DNA of 64,000 bases from Chara braunii (taxonomy: Eukaryota; Plantae; Charophyceae). The notes beneath the pieces are model-generated. The model ran no database searches. It was not told where the DNA came from and worked only from the letters and a program-made list of their open reading frames with translations. A program made the translations under genes and the position numbers. Location: assembly GCA_003427395.1 (NCBI GenBank), contig BFEA01000025.1:1376933-1440932 (forward strand), in the 5' to 3' direction. Within the stretch, counting starts at the first letter, position 1. Each line of letters begins with the position of its first letter. Below are positions 48,873 through 63,030 of the stretch, piece after piece.

Positions 48873-49486
48873 ATGAAAGATGTCTCTCTACTTGGTACTG
48901 CGTGGAAAAGTACAAGCTGGGTGGTACAAAGCAGGAGTCAATCTTTTCACTGCTGTTGTGCCTGTCTGGGCTGTGAGGACTTCGGGGTTCATCTGGATAG
49001 CCAAATGGCTGATTACCGAGGGGCGGCAAGGGCGGCTGTCATATGTCTAGCATCCAACCTCTACAACAACCTGGACTTTTTTGGAAAAATAAATAAAAAA
49101 TGAATTAAGGGGAGAGGGACAGGACTTTGTGTACCGTTCTGGAGGTGTGTCTTTTTTTTTTTTTTTTTTTTTTCAATGTGGGCATGAAAGATGTCTCTCT
49201 ACTTGGTACTGCGTGGAAGGGTACAAGCTGGGTGGTACAAAGCAGGAGTCCATCTTTTCACTGCTGATGTGCCTGTCTGGGCTGTGAGGACTTTGGGGTT
49301 CATCTGGATAGCCAAATGGCTGATTACAGAGGGGCGGCAAGGGCGGCTGTCATATGTCTAGCATCCAACCTCTACAACAACCTGGACTTTTTTGGAAAAA
49401 AAATAAAAAATGAATTAAGGGGAGAGGGACAGGACTTTGTGTACCGTTTTGGAGGTGTCTTTTTTTTTTTTTTTTCAATGTGGGCA
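48873..49486. repeat. Recent ~310-bp tandem duplication
   Basis: Units 48873-49183 and 49184-49486 nearly identical, each with a T run near the end. Confidence 0.92.
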
Positions 49487-50817
49487 ATGCTCCAATCTAT
49501 TTGTGGCTGGTGGCACTTATAGAAATTTGTGTGTGGTTGGTTAATTTAAGTGCAAGCGAGTGTGGAATGGGAAGAAGAGTCTAGAGATCCTGGGGGATAG
49601 AACTCTGATTGTTGATGTCAAAGGGCATTATATTTTTTTCGACTTCTCAATTTGAAACAACGGCAAATATAAAGTTATTATAAACCATTAACATGGAGAA
49701 AAGCCATTCCTGTGGCAACATGAGGACGAAGTTAAAAAAAAAAAAGAAAAAAAAAAAAAGGTTTTGTGATTCTTATTGATCTGCAATTTGTGTCCATCTG
49801 TCGTAGTCATTCGCCTGCAGCACCTTGAGTCCGTCTGTGTTCACCCCTCTGTACAGCTTGCTAAGTGATTGGCAGTGGAAGGTATTTTGCTCTCTTGCCA
49901 GTGTGTTTTCTGTGGCCCCAAGACATGATCATCATGATGAGGTTTGCGACTAATCTACACCGTTCACGTAATTTAGTCATTGCTTATGGTCCGCTATTTA
50001 CAGATAATACCCATGTAGATCCAGCCTGGTACATGAAGCTTGTTTTCATAAATGGATCCAGCCTGGTGCGTGAAGCTTGTTTAGATAAATGGCTGTCTTT
50101 GGAAGATGGGGCCCATCAAGAGTAAGAGTATTGGCCATCAAAGTGCTGAAGAGGATTCACAAAAGAAGAGTTGTCATAGGGGCAAACAGATAAACATAAG
50201 CTGAAAGCAGTGTGTGCATATTGGTGTTCTATTCTTAGATTCTTCCTGAACTCTTTCATCACAAACAACCAGCAATCGCATTCCCATGGTTGGAGTTTTA
50301 CTATGTATGTATGCATCTGTATGTGCATCGTATGAATTTTTGTGACAGGGTACCCATGGATGTATGTATATATATGTATGTATGTACGTACTACGCAGAG
50401 GAAAACTTCCAAAGATTACGAACATTAGGACTCTACGGGAGACATCAAATGAAGAGAGGAAAAATGAAAACGAAAGATAAAAAAGGTCGTTAATTTTAGG
50501 TTCTTTGGGACTTGGGTAGCATTGATCATAGATAGTATAATACTGGTAGGGACCCAAAGATCCTTTATTGATGTTGCCAAGTTAGGAATCCACACTTTCG
50601 TTTTATCGCCTTGCCTACCGTGTGTTTAATATCTTGAATTATATGATAGCTTCCCCATCATCATCATCATCGAAAATTGTCATCATCGTCATCGCGATCA
50701 ATTGCAAGCATATCCTTGGTCGTCATGACCAATTGCCAGCACATCCTTGATATGCCATCCGGGCAGACGATAAGTTTTAGACGGCTTCACCGATTGGACT
50801 TCACCAACCAACTGAAC

Positions 50818-51260
50818 GTGAACAATCTTTGGGAGTTCCAGTTCCAGCTCCATCCCGGGCCGAGGAGTTGAACAATCTTTGGGAGTTCCAGTTCCATTCC
50901 CAAGACTTGAAAAACCTTTGGAGTTCCAGTTCCATTCCCAAGACTTGAACAATCTTTGGGAGTTCCGGTTCCATTCCCAAGACTTNNNNNNNNNNNNNNN
51001 NNNNNNNNNNNNNNNNNNNNNNNNNNNNNNNNNNNNNNNNNNNNNNNNNNNNNNNNNNNNNNNNNNNNNNNNNNNNNNNNNNNNNNNNNNNNNNNNNNNN
51101 NNNNNNNNNNACAATCTTTGGGAGTTCCGGTTCCATTCCCAAGACTTGAAAAACCTTTGGAGTTCCAGTTCCATTCCCAAGACTTGAACAATCTTTGGGA
51201 GTTCCAGTTCCATTCCCAGGACTTGAAAAACCTTTGGAGTTCCAGTTCCATTCCCAAGAC
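50818..51260. repeat. Minisatellite of alternating 39/38-bp units spanning an N gap
   Basis: AACAATCTTTGGGAGTTCC...CCCAAGACTTG alternating with AAAAACCTTTGGAGTTCC...CCCAAGACTTG. Confidence 0.92.
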
Positions 51261-52240
51261 AAGTATATAGAGCCTCAACTAAGCTGCAGAGGCATTCCTA
51301 CTAAATAGAGCAATGCACCTAATGAGGGTCTTTCTATTCCAAATGATGCTCACTTGTCTTCCACCAGCTGGAAGTTGAAACGGGAAGTTCAGCTTCATTC
51401 CCATCGACGCCCATGTCCTTGACAGCATTGGTCAGCCAGTCTGTCGATCTCGTTCTCACAGCTGAGCTTGTGCAATCAAAGACACTCTCCATCTGGCAGG
51501 ACAGCAACATCGCATGATTGCCCTCGGAATGGCCCACTAGTAGAGCAAACTCCTCCATTAGCAGCAGCTTCTAAGGTTCAGGTATTCTTGTGCAATTTGC
51601 TGAGAGCAAGTGCAATGTTATTTAGTACTTATTGCAAGGACTTTCAAGTTCAACTTGATGATCATGCAAGGTTATGTTTGAGGTTATGGAAGTATATATA
51701 AGGAGGGGTGAGGGGGATGTAGTAAAGGCCAATGTAGTGGAGGTGAGCAGACTACATGCCATGATTGTCCACTGGCACACCAAATAGAATTGTTAAGACA
51801 TTGACCCATTTCCAGGTGACTTCCTTGCTGAGTCATGTTAGCACACGGGCAGCAGAGAGTTTCGGTGTCAAGGAACGTCTAGATCCATTTGCATACCATG
51901 GACTAAAACGCCCCGAGGACGAGTCAAAGTGGCCAAACGTCGGCCTGAGAAGATAGCACCCCAGGGCCTGGTTTGAGTAACAACAATATGATCGGAGGAG
52001 GCTCTTCTCCTTAAATCACGACCGCTGTGCAATGATTCCTGAGGTCGCGCAGGCGCACACAGGTGCTATCAGCCATTTTGCTCTGGTGGATTGACAGAGC
52101 TGGCGGCCTGCAGAAGGGCCTACCCTTGACATTTTGGATGTTTCGGGTGGGACAAGAAGCACCTTCACCACAATATCTTGAGGAGCACTGGTCTTTTTTT
52201 TGGGGGAGGGGGCAACCCGGGCAAGTACGTTGGCGTCACA

Positions 52241-52346
52241 CCTACCCAATGTTCAGAATAGGCAACTCCTACCCAATGTTCAGAATAGGCAACTCCTACC
52301 CAATGCTCAGAATAGGCAACTCCTACCCAATGTTGAGAATAGGAAA
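52241..52346. repeat. 27-bp tandem repeat, ~4 copies
   Basis: CCTACCCAATGTTCAGAATAGGCAACT. Confidence 0.92.
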
Positions 52347-52722
52347 CTTTAGCAGTAACTGTTCCCGAAATGGAGCAGAAAAGGCAACCCTAAATCTGCC
52401 AAGCGACACTGCCGGTAATGACTGGCGCAGTTTTAGACCCCTGCTAAACTTGCACATTTCAAAACTCACACCATGACACCGGCGCAACTTCGTCTTTGCA
52501 TGCCTATTTTAAGCCAAAACTGTGTAACAGCCACCGTTTCCCCTTCTTTGTTGTGTTTTTTGAAACAATGGCCGACGCTGCAGGTTTCGCAAAGGCAAAA
52601 AAAACGTGTCCGCAAAGATGTCAGGGCGTAAGTTTGAAACGGCGATTTGGGTAGAAAAGAATCCATTGGGCATTTTTTTTCTGTTTTTTTCTTTTACCAT
52701 CTGACAACACGGGGGACCCCTG

Positions 52723-53355
52723 GGGCATGGTTCCACTAGCAACCGGATAGGATAGAAAAGAGTTTGTGTGGCAGTTGAGTGACCCAAATCCTGCCGTGCA
52801 GTACTCGTGATCCCATGGTCAGTATCTTACATGTATTACCCGAAAAAGTAAGGAGATCTTTGTTCCCCTCCTCCTCTCCTTAACACTGGGCATGCCGGTG
52901 CAAAGGAAGCTTCCCGCCAAAATCTTTTCAATCCATTGGGGGCATGGCCAACACCAAAAGAGACCAGGGTCGGCCATAGGCCCACTGGATAGAAGATTTT
53001 CAGTATCTTGCTTGCTGTTGCGCAATTATCTCATTGGGTGGAGCCCTCCTTCCATCACGGAGTATATGGAGGGCGTCAGGATCACTGCTGACAGAAGTTG
53101 AGTTTATTCCAGAAAATATGGCAGTTACTTTCTGCACTGTTGTTGCAACCACCACCATCAGATCATTTGTGATCTGATGGCTGGGAAGCACTCTACCGTG
53201 ATTTCAGGTGGGAGGTCTCTGTTTCTTTTTTTTTTTTTTGCCTTTCTCCTGTTTTCTCACCCCCAGAAATTCGTAATGAACCTGTCAGGCCGCTGCCACT
53301 CAGTGTCACACTGGATAGGCCACACTCCTATCCGACTGCTAATGGGACCACACCC
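52723..53355. mobile_element. Intact PIF/Harbinger-type MITE, TSD CTG
   Basis: 30-bp imperfect TIRs GGGCATGGTTCCACTAGCAACCGGATAGGA / GGGTGTGGTCCCATTAGCAGTCGGATAGGA; CTG on both flanks. Confidence 0.85.
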
Positions 53356-54924
53356 CTGTAGTTATGACACCCGGCCTGACACCACGGCCGTTGGTACTTC
53401 CTTATTTTTTTTTTTTTGCTGTTTTTTGCTTTTTTTTCTTTTTTTTTTTCTTAGCCAAGAAGGCTAATTTTTTAAAGCCCAACCAATTCAATTACCTGTC
53501 AAATCTGGACAGGACGGCCTTTCAGGCCTTTTTTATTGTCATTATAGTATTACGGGGAACTCCATAGCAGCCACATCTGTGCTCAAGCCTCCAATGAGGG
53601 AACATGCGGGAGCTGCACCCACCAGCAGGTGCGATACCTGCTACGGAAGGTGGGCGATACCGGCCAGGGGTCAGCCGATAGCATCAGGACNNNNNNNNNN
53701 NNNNNNNNNNNNNNNNNNNNNNNNNNNNNNNNNNNNNNNNNNNNNNNNNNNNNNNNNNNNNNNNNNNNNNNNNNNNNNNNNNNNNNNNNNNNNNNNNNNN
53801 NNNNNNNNNNNNNNNNNNNNNNNNNNNNNNNNNNNNNNNNNNNNNNNNNNNNNNNNNNNNNNNNNNNNNNNNNNNNNNNNNNNNNNNNNNNNNNNNNNNN
53901 NNNNNNNNNNNNNNNNNNNNNNNNNNNNNNNNNNNNNNNNNNNNNNNNNNNNNNNNNNNNNNNNNNNCAGCCGATAGCATCAGGACTAAGCCTCTTGCAC
54001 GGGCCAGTTGCTGTGCCTCCCCTCCAGTCCTCTCCTCCTATGAACATCAGCAGTCTCTGCTACATGCCACTCGGGGGGACCAACGGCCTATCTCTGGCTG
54101 GCGGGCGCCAAGCTTGCCCAGGAACGTACACGAGGCCAATGGGAACTGAACCCAAGACCTCCTGAATGCCACTTGCGTGCCTTACCAACTGAGCTAGGTT
54201 GCTGGATCTCCCATTGCTTTTTAGAGCTCCACACCTGTTTTCTTTGCCAGCCCATGTTTTTCTTGCTCATTCCGTTTTTTTTAATATATCTTTTTAATGT
54301 AACAAGCCCTGGTCGTTGTAGAGGTTGTATACTGGACATATGTCCGTCTCCTTCGGCCATATGCCATGTAGTTATTCTAGATGTTCTGTAGAGGCCCCTA
54401 TTCCTATGAGACTCCCTCTCCCCTGCCACTCTCGTTATTTCTTCCAGGCGCACCCCTACTCCCACGATCCTACCTCAGTGTCTACCACTCAGGAGCCTAC
54501 CCTCCAGTCATCTCTTACCTGACGGGGGTGACCTGTGGTTGTAGGTGTACCAGGGCTAAGCAGAGCCCTATTCAGCCCTAATTGAAGCATAGTCGGATGA
54601 GCCCACCGCCCGGGGACTCCGGGCGCTAGGTATGGACATTTCTATACAAGTCCAATAGGTGGACCTATTGCTGTTCCTATGGTTGTGTACACAGTCCTAC
54701 TCACCCTACTCAGCCCGACTCACGTAACTCAGCCCTGCACATGTGCTGTTTATTGCTAGGTTGTATTTCTGTGTACACCATCGTTGTTACTATGTTGTTG
54801 TTATTCGTTGTTGTTGGACTTGATTGTTGGCTGTGGGAGGCAGGCTATACACCCTAATCTATCCCTAAGAGAGTCCTCAGTACCAGGTCCCAGCCACCCG
54901 AACTCAGGACTCTCCCATGTCAGC

Positions 54925-55175
54925 TTTGGGTCCCGGCCAATCAAAGCGAGGATTGCAAACAGGACCCCTCCCAGCCAATCAAGAATCACATGCCCGGCAA
55001 ATCCCTCCCCGTCCTGTACTGACTCCAAATCCCAGCCAATCAAGGCGAGGTTGCAAACAGGACCCCTTCACCTAACCTATCCCTTTGGCAATCCCTCCCG
55101 CGCGAGCTCTGGGTCCCAGCCAGTCAAGGCAAGGATCGTATCCCAGGCAAGGAACGGGAACCCCCTTGGGCCCCT
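54925..55175. repeat. Degenerate tandem repeat with CCAAT boxes
   Basis: TCCCAGCCAATCAAGGCGAGG...GCAAACAGGACCCC in about three copies. Confidence 0.7.
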
Positions 55176-56504
55176 CCTGCCTACTACCCCCCTGATCAGA
55201 CTCGAACACGCAACCTGAACCATGCAACCGTCATGTCAAACCTACCGACCTACTGTAGTAACTGTTTATTTTGGTATTGTGTATGCAATCGTGGACCAGA
55301 AGACAAATACACAATTAATTGAACAACCCACAAATCAAGAACCTAGAGAAACCACTCATAGCCCGGACCCAACATACAACAGCTGTGGACTGTGACGCAC
55401 CAGCTTCCGGACCTGCGCCATCTTCCAACCCCCTCTCCTCCCCCCCCCCCTCTCTTCGTTTCCCTCGCTACGGTCGACACTCTCTCCTTCGCGCTCACGC
55501 TTCTTCTCTCTCTATAACCGTTTTTTCCATCTCTGCTTTGCCTCGCGCGCCTTTTCTTTTTCTTGATCGTCTGAATCTTGGTTCCGTGTCGTGCTATCCT
55601 TTGCGCCCTTCTTCTTCCCGCTCTAATCCTTGCGCCGGAATACCCTGTCGATTTCCTCCTCCTCCCCTCTAGCCAAAGAGACGCGCCGTGTAAGAAGGAA
55701 ATTCCTGTTATGCGACGATTCTGGTTAGCTACAACTGGGATCCGAAGGATCGACATGGCTTTCGTCGGGCGATTATCCCCGAACCTTCCCCTACCTCTCC
55801 CTACCTCAGTCCTAACCCTTCCTAGCATCCACCTCCTTTTCCGCAACTATAAATTCAGCAAGCGCTACCGAAAATCTCTTTCCTAACTCATCAGCCAGCT
55901 TCTGGGAAGCAATGGCTAGGCGGTATGTGTGAGGGTGCGAGTTGAAAAGTCTTGACGGGATGACTGTAGTCTTATCGGCTATGCGTTAGATCGCCCGATG
56001 AACTGTAAGATCCAAGCAAGACCGTGTAGAGACTAAGTCGGAAGGGTGACGATCGCTATGGTGGGAGTAGCACATAACGGTCGAGATCATCAGTGCCGGT
56101 GTGAGGTTTGAACCGAAGGTTGAGTGGACGTATGGCCTGGGGCCATGGTGGAATTTTATGATGGATGCGCCTCTTTTGTCTCAAAGTATAAGTCTTCGAA
56201 CGTGAGTTCCGTTCACCCGGCATTTGAGCCAAAATTTCTCATCAAGGTCGTCGGACTTTCTTGTGTAACTATCTTCTGCTTTCTTCCCTCCTCTGATCTA
56301 CACCTCTTCTCCCCCACACCTTCCTTCTGCTACATTTCTACATAATAGGTGGGTTATGTTGATTTATCTCCTCTCACTTGATATGTGCATGAAGTGGATT
56401 GTGTCTGACAACCTGTGCCAGCATGACAAGGATGTTCATTGATTGATCAGATGAACGCGGAATGCGATTGGGCAGTGTGTCGAATGAATGATGCATGATT
56501 AATC

Positions 56505-57134
56505 GTGCGCTTTGTCCTTGTTGTCATGTGGACTCACAACGCCAATCCGACTGGGCGCCGACTTTCCGTGCCCCCGCCTCGCCCCTTCCCGTACAACGAG
56601 GAAATGACACGTGTATGTGAGTGGGACGTACGAGAAGCGGTCTCCAAGGTCGGCGGGCATTATTACTTCCCACCCGAGACCCAGTGCTCCGGATTCGTCG
56701 GTGCGAGATTCGTCATTATCGATATGCACTTCCCGCCTTATTCGTTGTTGTTGTCATTTAATAATGAGTTGATCGTCATCCCGTGGTCGGCAGTGGCGCC
56801 TCATTGGCCTAGCACTCTGTGCAGCGATTGTCGTTGCACTGAGCATTACAGAGCCAAGGGCTTCCATTACCGCACACGTAGCGAGGACGAACATAAGGAG
56901 AGAGCCACTCGATTGATACCCTCCAGGTCAGACTCAGAGTTGTATAGTGAACGCCGACGGGACCTCATCCGAAAACGGGACACTACGTGTGTACCCTCCC
57001 CCTTTCATTCGAAACGAAGGGTAACAGTCCACTGGGAAGTACGACGCTACTTTTTGGATTTAATTTCCCATCGCTGTGAGCCCCGCACGCGCCTTTTTCT
57101 TCAACCCGCGCGGCGACGGATCCCTTCTTACTAA
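56505..57134 (+). CDS. Unknown protein homologous to the Gypsy A accessory ORF 8093-8500
   Basis: Colinear motif conservation over ~90 aa. Confidence 0.6.
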   Translation: MRFVLVVMWTHNANPTGRRLSVPPPRPFPYNEEMTRVCEWDVREAVSKVGGHYYFPPETQCSGFVGARFVIIDMHFPPYSLLLSFNNELIVIPWSAVAPHWPSTLCSDCRCTEHYRAKGFHYRTRSEDEHKERATRLIPSRSDSELYSERRRDLIRKRDTTCVPSPFHSKRRVTVHWEVRRYFLDLISHRCEPRTRLFLQPARRRIPSY

Positions 57135-58338
57135 AGTCGGACCAACACGAGGGATCTTAGTTCTGTCTGTGTCCCCACACTCAATTTTCCCAAAAATCTT
57201 TGGCACACCCCATCTTTGTTGTTCTTCCCGGGCCTTTCCGCGAACCAAAATACTCCGACCGGAAAGCAGCATAGGGCGTGAGGTTGAGCATCACAGGACT
57301 GACCCTTGGGTGGTGTGCAGACAGTGTCTGTAATAGCTTACCTGCTTCAGCCCAAGGGGTTATGCAAGTGACCATGCGTTGCCTGCCGGTGTCTTTGCGC
57401 AGAACCCGCAACCTCAGACGCCAATGCGCATAAACAACTGGTGCCCTAACCACTGAGCCACAAGCCATACTAAACATCCATTGGGGGGGTGCCACAGGGC
57501 ATGATTTAAGCATCCTCCTGTGTGGCAGCTCCCGACATATGAATCTTGTCTATTGGTGGGGAGCTGCACCTGCTAGAAACTAGTTTCAGGATCCCTTACT
57601 TAGAGGATACAACATACATGTATCATGCAGTGCATCCGTCACTTGTTGGAGGCTCCTGCCCACTTTCAGGGCCTTTCTTTCCTAATCCTTTTCCGTTGGT
57701 GGGGAGCTGCAACTGTTGAAACCGGTTCCAGTGTCCCTTACTCAGAGCATAAAACATACATACACCCTGTAGTCCTTCCGTCAGTTGTTGGAGGCTTGAC
57801 AATGTGCCCCTTTTTTTCCTGATTCTTTTCCGGAGCCCCGATCCTACCCTCGTTTATCCGTCTCCCCCCCACCTCTCTCTTACTCGTTGGTGCCTTAAAC
57901 CATTAGTACAATGTGACGATCTCTTTTTGTGATGAGTGTCATCTTCTGCGCAATGGTATCCCGGGGGTAGGGAAAAAGGGGCCTGGCTCAATTGCACTAG
58001 TGCGCCCCCCCAACTCCTACCCCCCCAAACACGGGGGAAGCCAAATCTAGGATGCTTCAATTCCTACAAAAGCCCCCCCCCCCCCCCCCCCACTCCTCCC
58101 TTTCTTTCGAAAAAATTGGGTCCACAACGGTTGGTAGGACGTGTCATAGCAAGTACAAAAATAACTGCTGATACAGCCTCTTTCTTTCTTGTTGGTTTAC
58201 GGGACTAGGCTGAAAATTTTTGGTGAGATTGCCGCATAGGGAATCTTTTTGAATTTCTTTTTGAATTTTGAACTTACACACGTTCTCGAAATTTCTTCTT
58301 GCAATTAGGACTTTAATTAGGCCAGAGATTTGGAACTA

Positions 58339-58702
58339 GCATTTCGTTAAAATTGACATTTTTACTATTTTCACGAAATTGGGCATCCAAGAAAAAACTG
58401 AGTTTTTTAGTGTGTTTTTGTGCCCACGACTTCGGGCCGTTGATGGTCCGGCGTCCTGGGGACTCCGTACCATCTGATGTATCTCGTTGTAAAATACCTT
58501 CAAAATACATCCGAGGGTAAAAAAAAAAAGAAAAAAAATTGAGGCATATTAGATAGTCCGGCGTCCCCAGAACGCCGGACCATGGACGCCAGACCATCAA
58601 TGGTCTAATGTGGTCGGCGCAAAAAAATGCCAAAAACTACTGTGCTTTTTTGGAAGTTCAATTTCGTGAAAATAGTAAAAAATGTCAATTTTAACGAAAT
58701 GC
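58339..58702. mobile_element. Foldback MITE with long inverted arms
   Basis: GCATTTCGTTAAAATTGACATTTTTACTATTTTCACGAAATT is mirrored at ~58660-58702 and weaker symmetry continues inward; TSD not identified. Confidence 0.75.
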
Positions 58703-59139
58703 CTGTTTTTGAAACGTTGTAATTTTTAGCTGTAACTGCACGATGTTCCCTACTCGCGCGCACTGTGTTGCATTCTGTCATGTGCTCTGTCCCCGTAGCA
58801 CCTTAGTTCTATGCGTAACTAAAATCTCTCATTGGTGGGCGCGAGTGTAACTGTAATGCTTCCTTTCTTGACTTTCTTGCACATCCTCTTTTCTCTTTGT
58901 CTCATTGGCCAAGACAGTGCATGAGTGGATCGATGCGTGGAGAGTGTCTACGACCCCAACGTCGTGGCCCGACCATGCAGTTGTAGGTGCTTCCTCTTCT
59001 CTTCCACTTCAGCGCAATCCTGGTTGTCTCACATAGACACTAAGTGCAACAAATTCTGCAAGCGCGACTTATTCGCTCTCTTTAATCATACTTTGGAGTT
59101 AACGGGGTGAAGGGGATCGACTAACGGGCAGGACACCAT

Positions 59140-62100
59140 TCAACATGATTGACGATGTCATTCCTTATCGGGTGGGTGGCAAAGAATACCATATTCACAC
59201 GGCTCATAAGCTGAGGCCATGGTGTTTCAAATGCAAAGTATATGGGCACATGATCACGGACTCCAACTGTTCACAAACCCCGGGGAAGAGGAACCGGGCT
59301 ATTGACAAACTTATTAGGGACCCTTTCAGAGCTTATTTATGGCGAATGGTTGACGCAGGGCATGAGGGGTGGGTGTATGTGGAAAGTGCCAAGAAAGGTG
59401 AAGCTTCCAAAGGGTGGACATGGGAAAGGACAGAAGATCCCAACTGGGATTCAAAACCACCAGACAGTTGGATTCCCCCTGAGTTGGCAGGAAAGTTATT
59501 TTCTAATCCCATTCCTACTTCTACTACTTCTACACCCCCTATTCCGGTACAGTCTGCACGGTCTGTGCAGACTATATATACTACAACCATTGTTCCGTTG
59601 CAGACTCAGGCTACTATGCAGCCCCACGGGACCTCTACACAAGTTGAGGTTATGGCTGGGTCTTCTAGGATCTCGAAGACTTCATCCTCAAACATTTAGA
59701 TGTCAGGGAAGGGGTCTGAGAACTGCGCAGGTACCGATCAAAATAATAGGACGGTAGTGCTTCCTACGCCACAACCTAAGGATTATCTGCACCTACCGGA
59801 AAGTGATCTTGCAACTGAGGTAGCCGAGGAATTGGAATATGAAGACGGTGTTAATGGTGACGAGGTGAATTTGAAAGTCACGAAGGCACGAGGTATCTCT
59901 CAACCTCATCAGGGTAATTCAACTTCACCAAATGGAGAAAAAAACGAAAAAAAAGGAAACGAAAACAAATACTAAGCAAAAATCAGATCACTGATGACTC
60001 TAAAATGAGGGGGCCTCCTGCCGAAAAAATACAAACTGGGTCACAAGGTCAAAATCAGTTGCTTTCTAGTCAACACAATGAAAGTGTGGAAGAGGACTCT
60101 GCAACAGATAAGAAACAACAGGTTCAGACAACAGAACACAGGGAAGAGAATACAATAGAAAATCATCCTTTTCAGATGGCTTTTGGACCTGCGCTAATGG
60201 ATGTGGACTCGGTCTCTTCCCCCATACACTTTGAAATGGGGGAGGCAAGTCAACAATCTGATCTCGACATTCCGGAAGAAAAAAAAGCCAGCCAGCTGGC
60301 AGATTGGCTATTAAGTAATATGAAAAACAGATTTGGGGAAGCTTCAGAGGATTTTTGGAATAAATCATATGATTCATATGTACAACTTTTCTCTATGATT
60401 AACAACAACCCTAGTCTGAAAAGGTGTCACAGTTGGGGCTACCTGAAGGAACACAATGGTCAATTGTCAGTCAAAAAAATTAGACATTGTTCTGAAATTG
60501 TTTCATCCTCCCCTGCATGAGATGGAGGTTTCAAGGGCGCAGGCAAACTCTGCATTGTGGTAGAAGGGTCAATGCTGGAATCAGTCGGGGGGAAGCAAGG
60601 GAGGGGGAGAAAGAAAGGGAAAAAAACGAAGTATCAATAATTAATGAGGATGGAACCATCAAAGCATGAGAGGTGAGCTCAAAGGGGGTAATGACAAAGG
60701 AACAACAAGAGGTCTCCGACAAAATCAGAAGATTGGGATTACAGGGGTAGGGGGAGAAAGTAAAGGCACAAAGTCAACACCTTCTTCCCCTCCTGAAGTT
60801 ATGTCTGGATCTGTTCATAAGGAGGGAGGTATAGTTGATGCAAATGACAACATTTTTTCTTCTCAAGAAAACGATACTTAGGATCTGGGCAAGAAACAAA
60901 AACTGCGTCATGCATTGGAAAAAGGTCAAGCAGTCAAATCCCAATCAGCGAGAGACAATTTGATCATTCCTGTTAGGAAGAAGGGCAAGAAATGGGAAGC
61001 GGGGTTGTCACCCATAGGGCGGAAGCAATATGGAGGGGTGACACAGAGGGGTTGAACCACCTATGTGGACTAATGGAATGCAGGGAAACGAACCTTCAAA
61101 AGAGATTTATTTCATTTTCTTTCCAAGCACTATGACCCGGGGCCACAAGCCCACATGCAACATTAACAGAAATAGGGAATCCGATGAAAATGTCTACAAG
61201 GGACACCTTATGTAAAGTTTGAGGAAAACAAGGAAGCGGACCTTCGATGGTACTCCCATACGACATTGCTTGACCTTCAAGAATTAAAGGTTAAGGCAAA
61301 TGTAGTATGGACGATTATCGAAATTTTCACTGTTTTGTGCTCCATCCTATGTCGTGGTCTGCTCACAACGTCATATGACTTAGATGGTGGCAATTGGGTA
61401 CGTCTTTAGGTTAAGTCAAAAAGAAGGGATTCTAAAGGTCGTTTAAAATATGTTAAGATTGAAGCACTTCAGACATTTTATGACAGAAACCCTTTCTGGC
61501 ACCGTACTACCCAAACAACGGATTTGGATCTTAGGTCTCTTAATGTTAATGATCTTGCAACTGCGGATACAAAGAAGAGAACGGTCATTATAGAGCAACT
61601 CAAGGGAGTGGGAGAGAGTTCTTGGCCTGGCATTATTTGTATTCAAGAAACACATCTCACAGACTCTCCTACTTATAGACGAGCTCATAATCTGGCTTGA
61701 CCTTTCCAAAAGTATCAGGCATATGCGCCCCGTAGTGGATCAACAAAAGTGGCTATTTGGGTCCCCCCGGATTCACGAGCCGAGATAGTATGTTGTAAAA
61801 GTGATCAGGAAAAAGGGCGATAGGTTTGTGTGTTGGTAATGCTTGAGTTGGAAATACTATGCATTCTTAACATTTATGATCCTAACAAATTGCAAGATAG
61901 AAAACATTTGTTTCAGGATATTAGAGGGCACATTCCAAATGACGTCCCCGTGGTCATCACTGAAGACTTTAATGGTGCCCCGGACAAATGAATGGCTCGT
62001 TGGAAGATATCGTAACCTTATCCTGAATATATTCAAGAAGATGAAAGGATCATTTAATAGCTATGTGATTTAGAAAATCGTTTTGATACAAATAGACATA

Positions 62101-63030
62101 TGTTTCCTCAAGAACGTTTGTATACATGTATTAGGACTTGTGGCACCTCACATCAATCTCGATCTCGTATAGACTTAATTAATATGTTAGAGGATCGAGA
62201 TAGGGCATTAGTGGGGGCCAACATTTTTCCTCAAAGTCCTTGGCCGGGAGCAGATCATAAATGTGTGCAGTTATTTTATCTTTTCGAAAAAAACGGATCA
62301 AGGAAGGATTTTTTACAAACTCAACATGTCTCTTCTCTCCTAAATAGGTTTTTAAACTTATATTCAAGAAGTCTGGAAATTATGGTAGTGTACTAAAGAA
62401 AAGCATGATTCTTACATATCTTCGTTCAACAATGGGTTGTTTTTCATTATCAAAAAATTTAACGAATATTCTAAGTTAATCGCCAAGTCCAAAGATTTGC
62501 GGAAAATTCAAATTCAAGAACTAATTCTTAATTATGAACAACATTCGGATACACCAACCCAATCTTTGGATACAACAATTGAAAAATCAACTTCTCACCT
62601 TTGCACATTAACGTTGGCAAGGTCATTTAATCAGGGGTAAATTAACTAAACATCATACATAACGTCAGATGGATACCTCATTTTTTGCATTATTCCGATC
62701 AAGAGTCAGGAGATTGAGTATTGAATCTGTGATACATCCTACAAAACCACCACGGGAGGGACTCATCTCCTCGGCCAGCAGTCTAAAGACAGTTTATGAT
62801 TTTTATAAAAACCTCTTTGTCTCGAATGTCTTGAATATGAAATTTGCTGATCAAACTATACAAAGGTTTTAGGAACCTCTAACACAATCTCTATCATAAG
62901 ATCAACGAGACAGGATGGAGGAACCAGTCACCAAAGAGGAGATTTTGACAACCTTGTTGCAGATAGAGGAAGACAAAACACTAGGGGTAGATGGTCTTCC
63001 TAAAGAATTCTGGGAGGCAATGTGATCCTA
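59140..63030 (+). mobile_element. L1/Tx1-like LINE copy 2, diverged, truncated at both ends
   Basis: Colinear protein homology with ~15060-18930: knuckle, Trp-rich module, ORF1 C-terminal domain, AP endonuclease, DGLPKEFWE. Confidence 0.92.

Noticed and set aside
50818-51260. CRISPR-like array
   Set aside because: Units are contiguous with no unique spacers and no cas genes; it is a minisatellite, as are 10815-11450 and 52241-52346
49800-52200. Host gene exons
   Set aside because: No recognisable protein motifs or consistent splice structure; small exons cannot be excluded without RNA-seq
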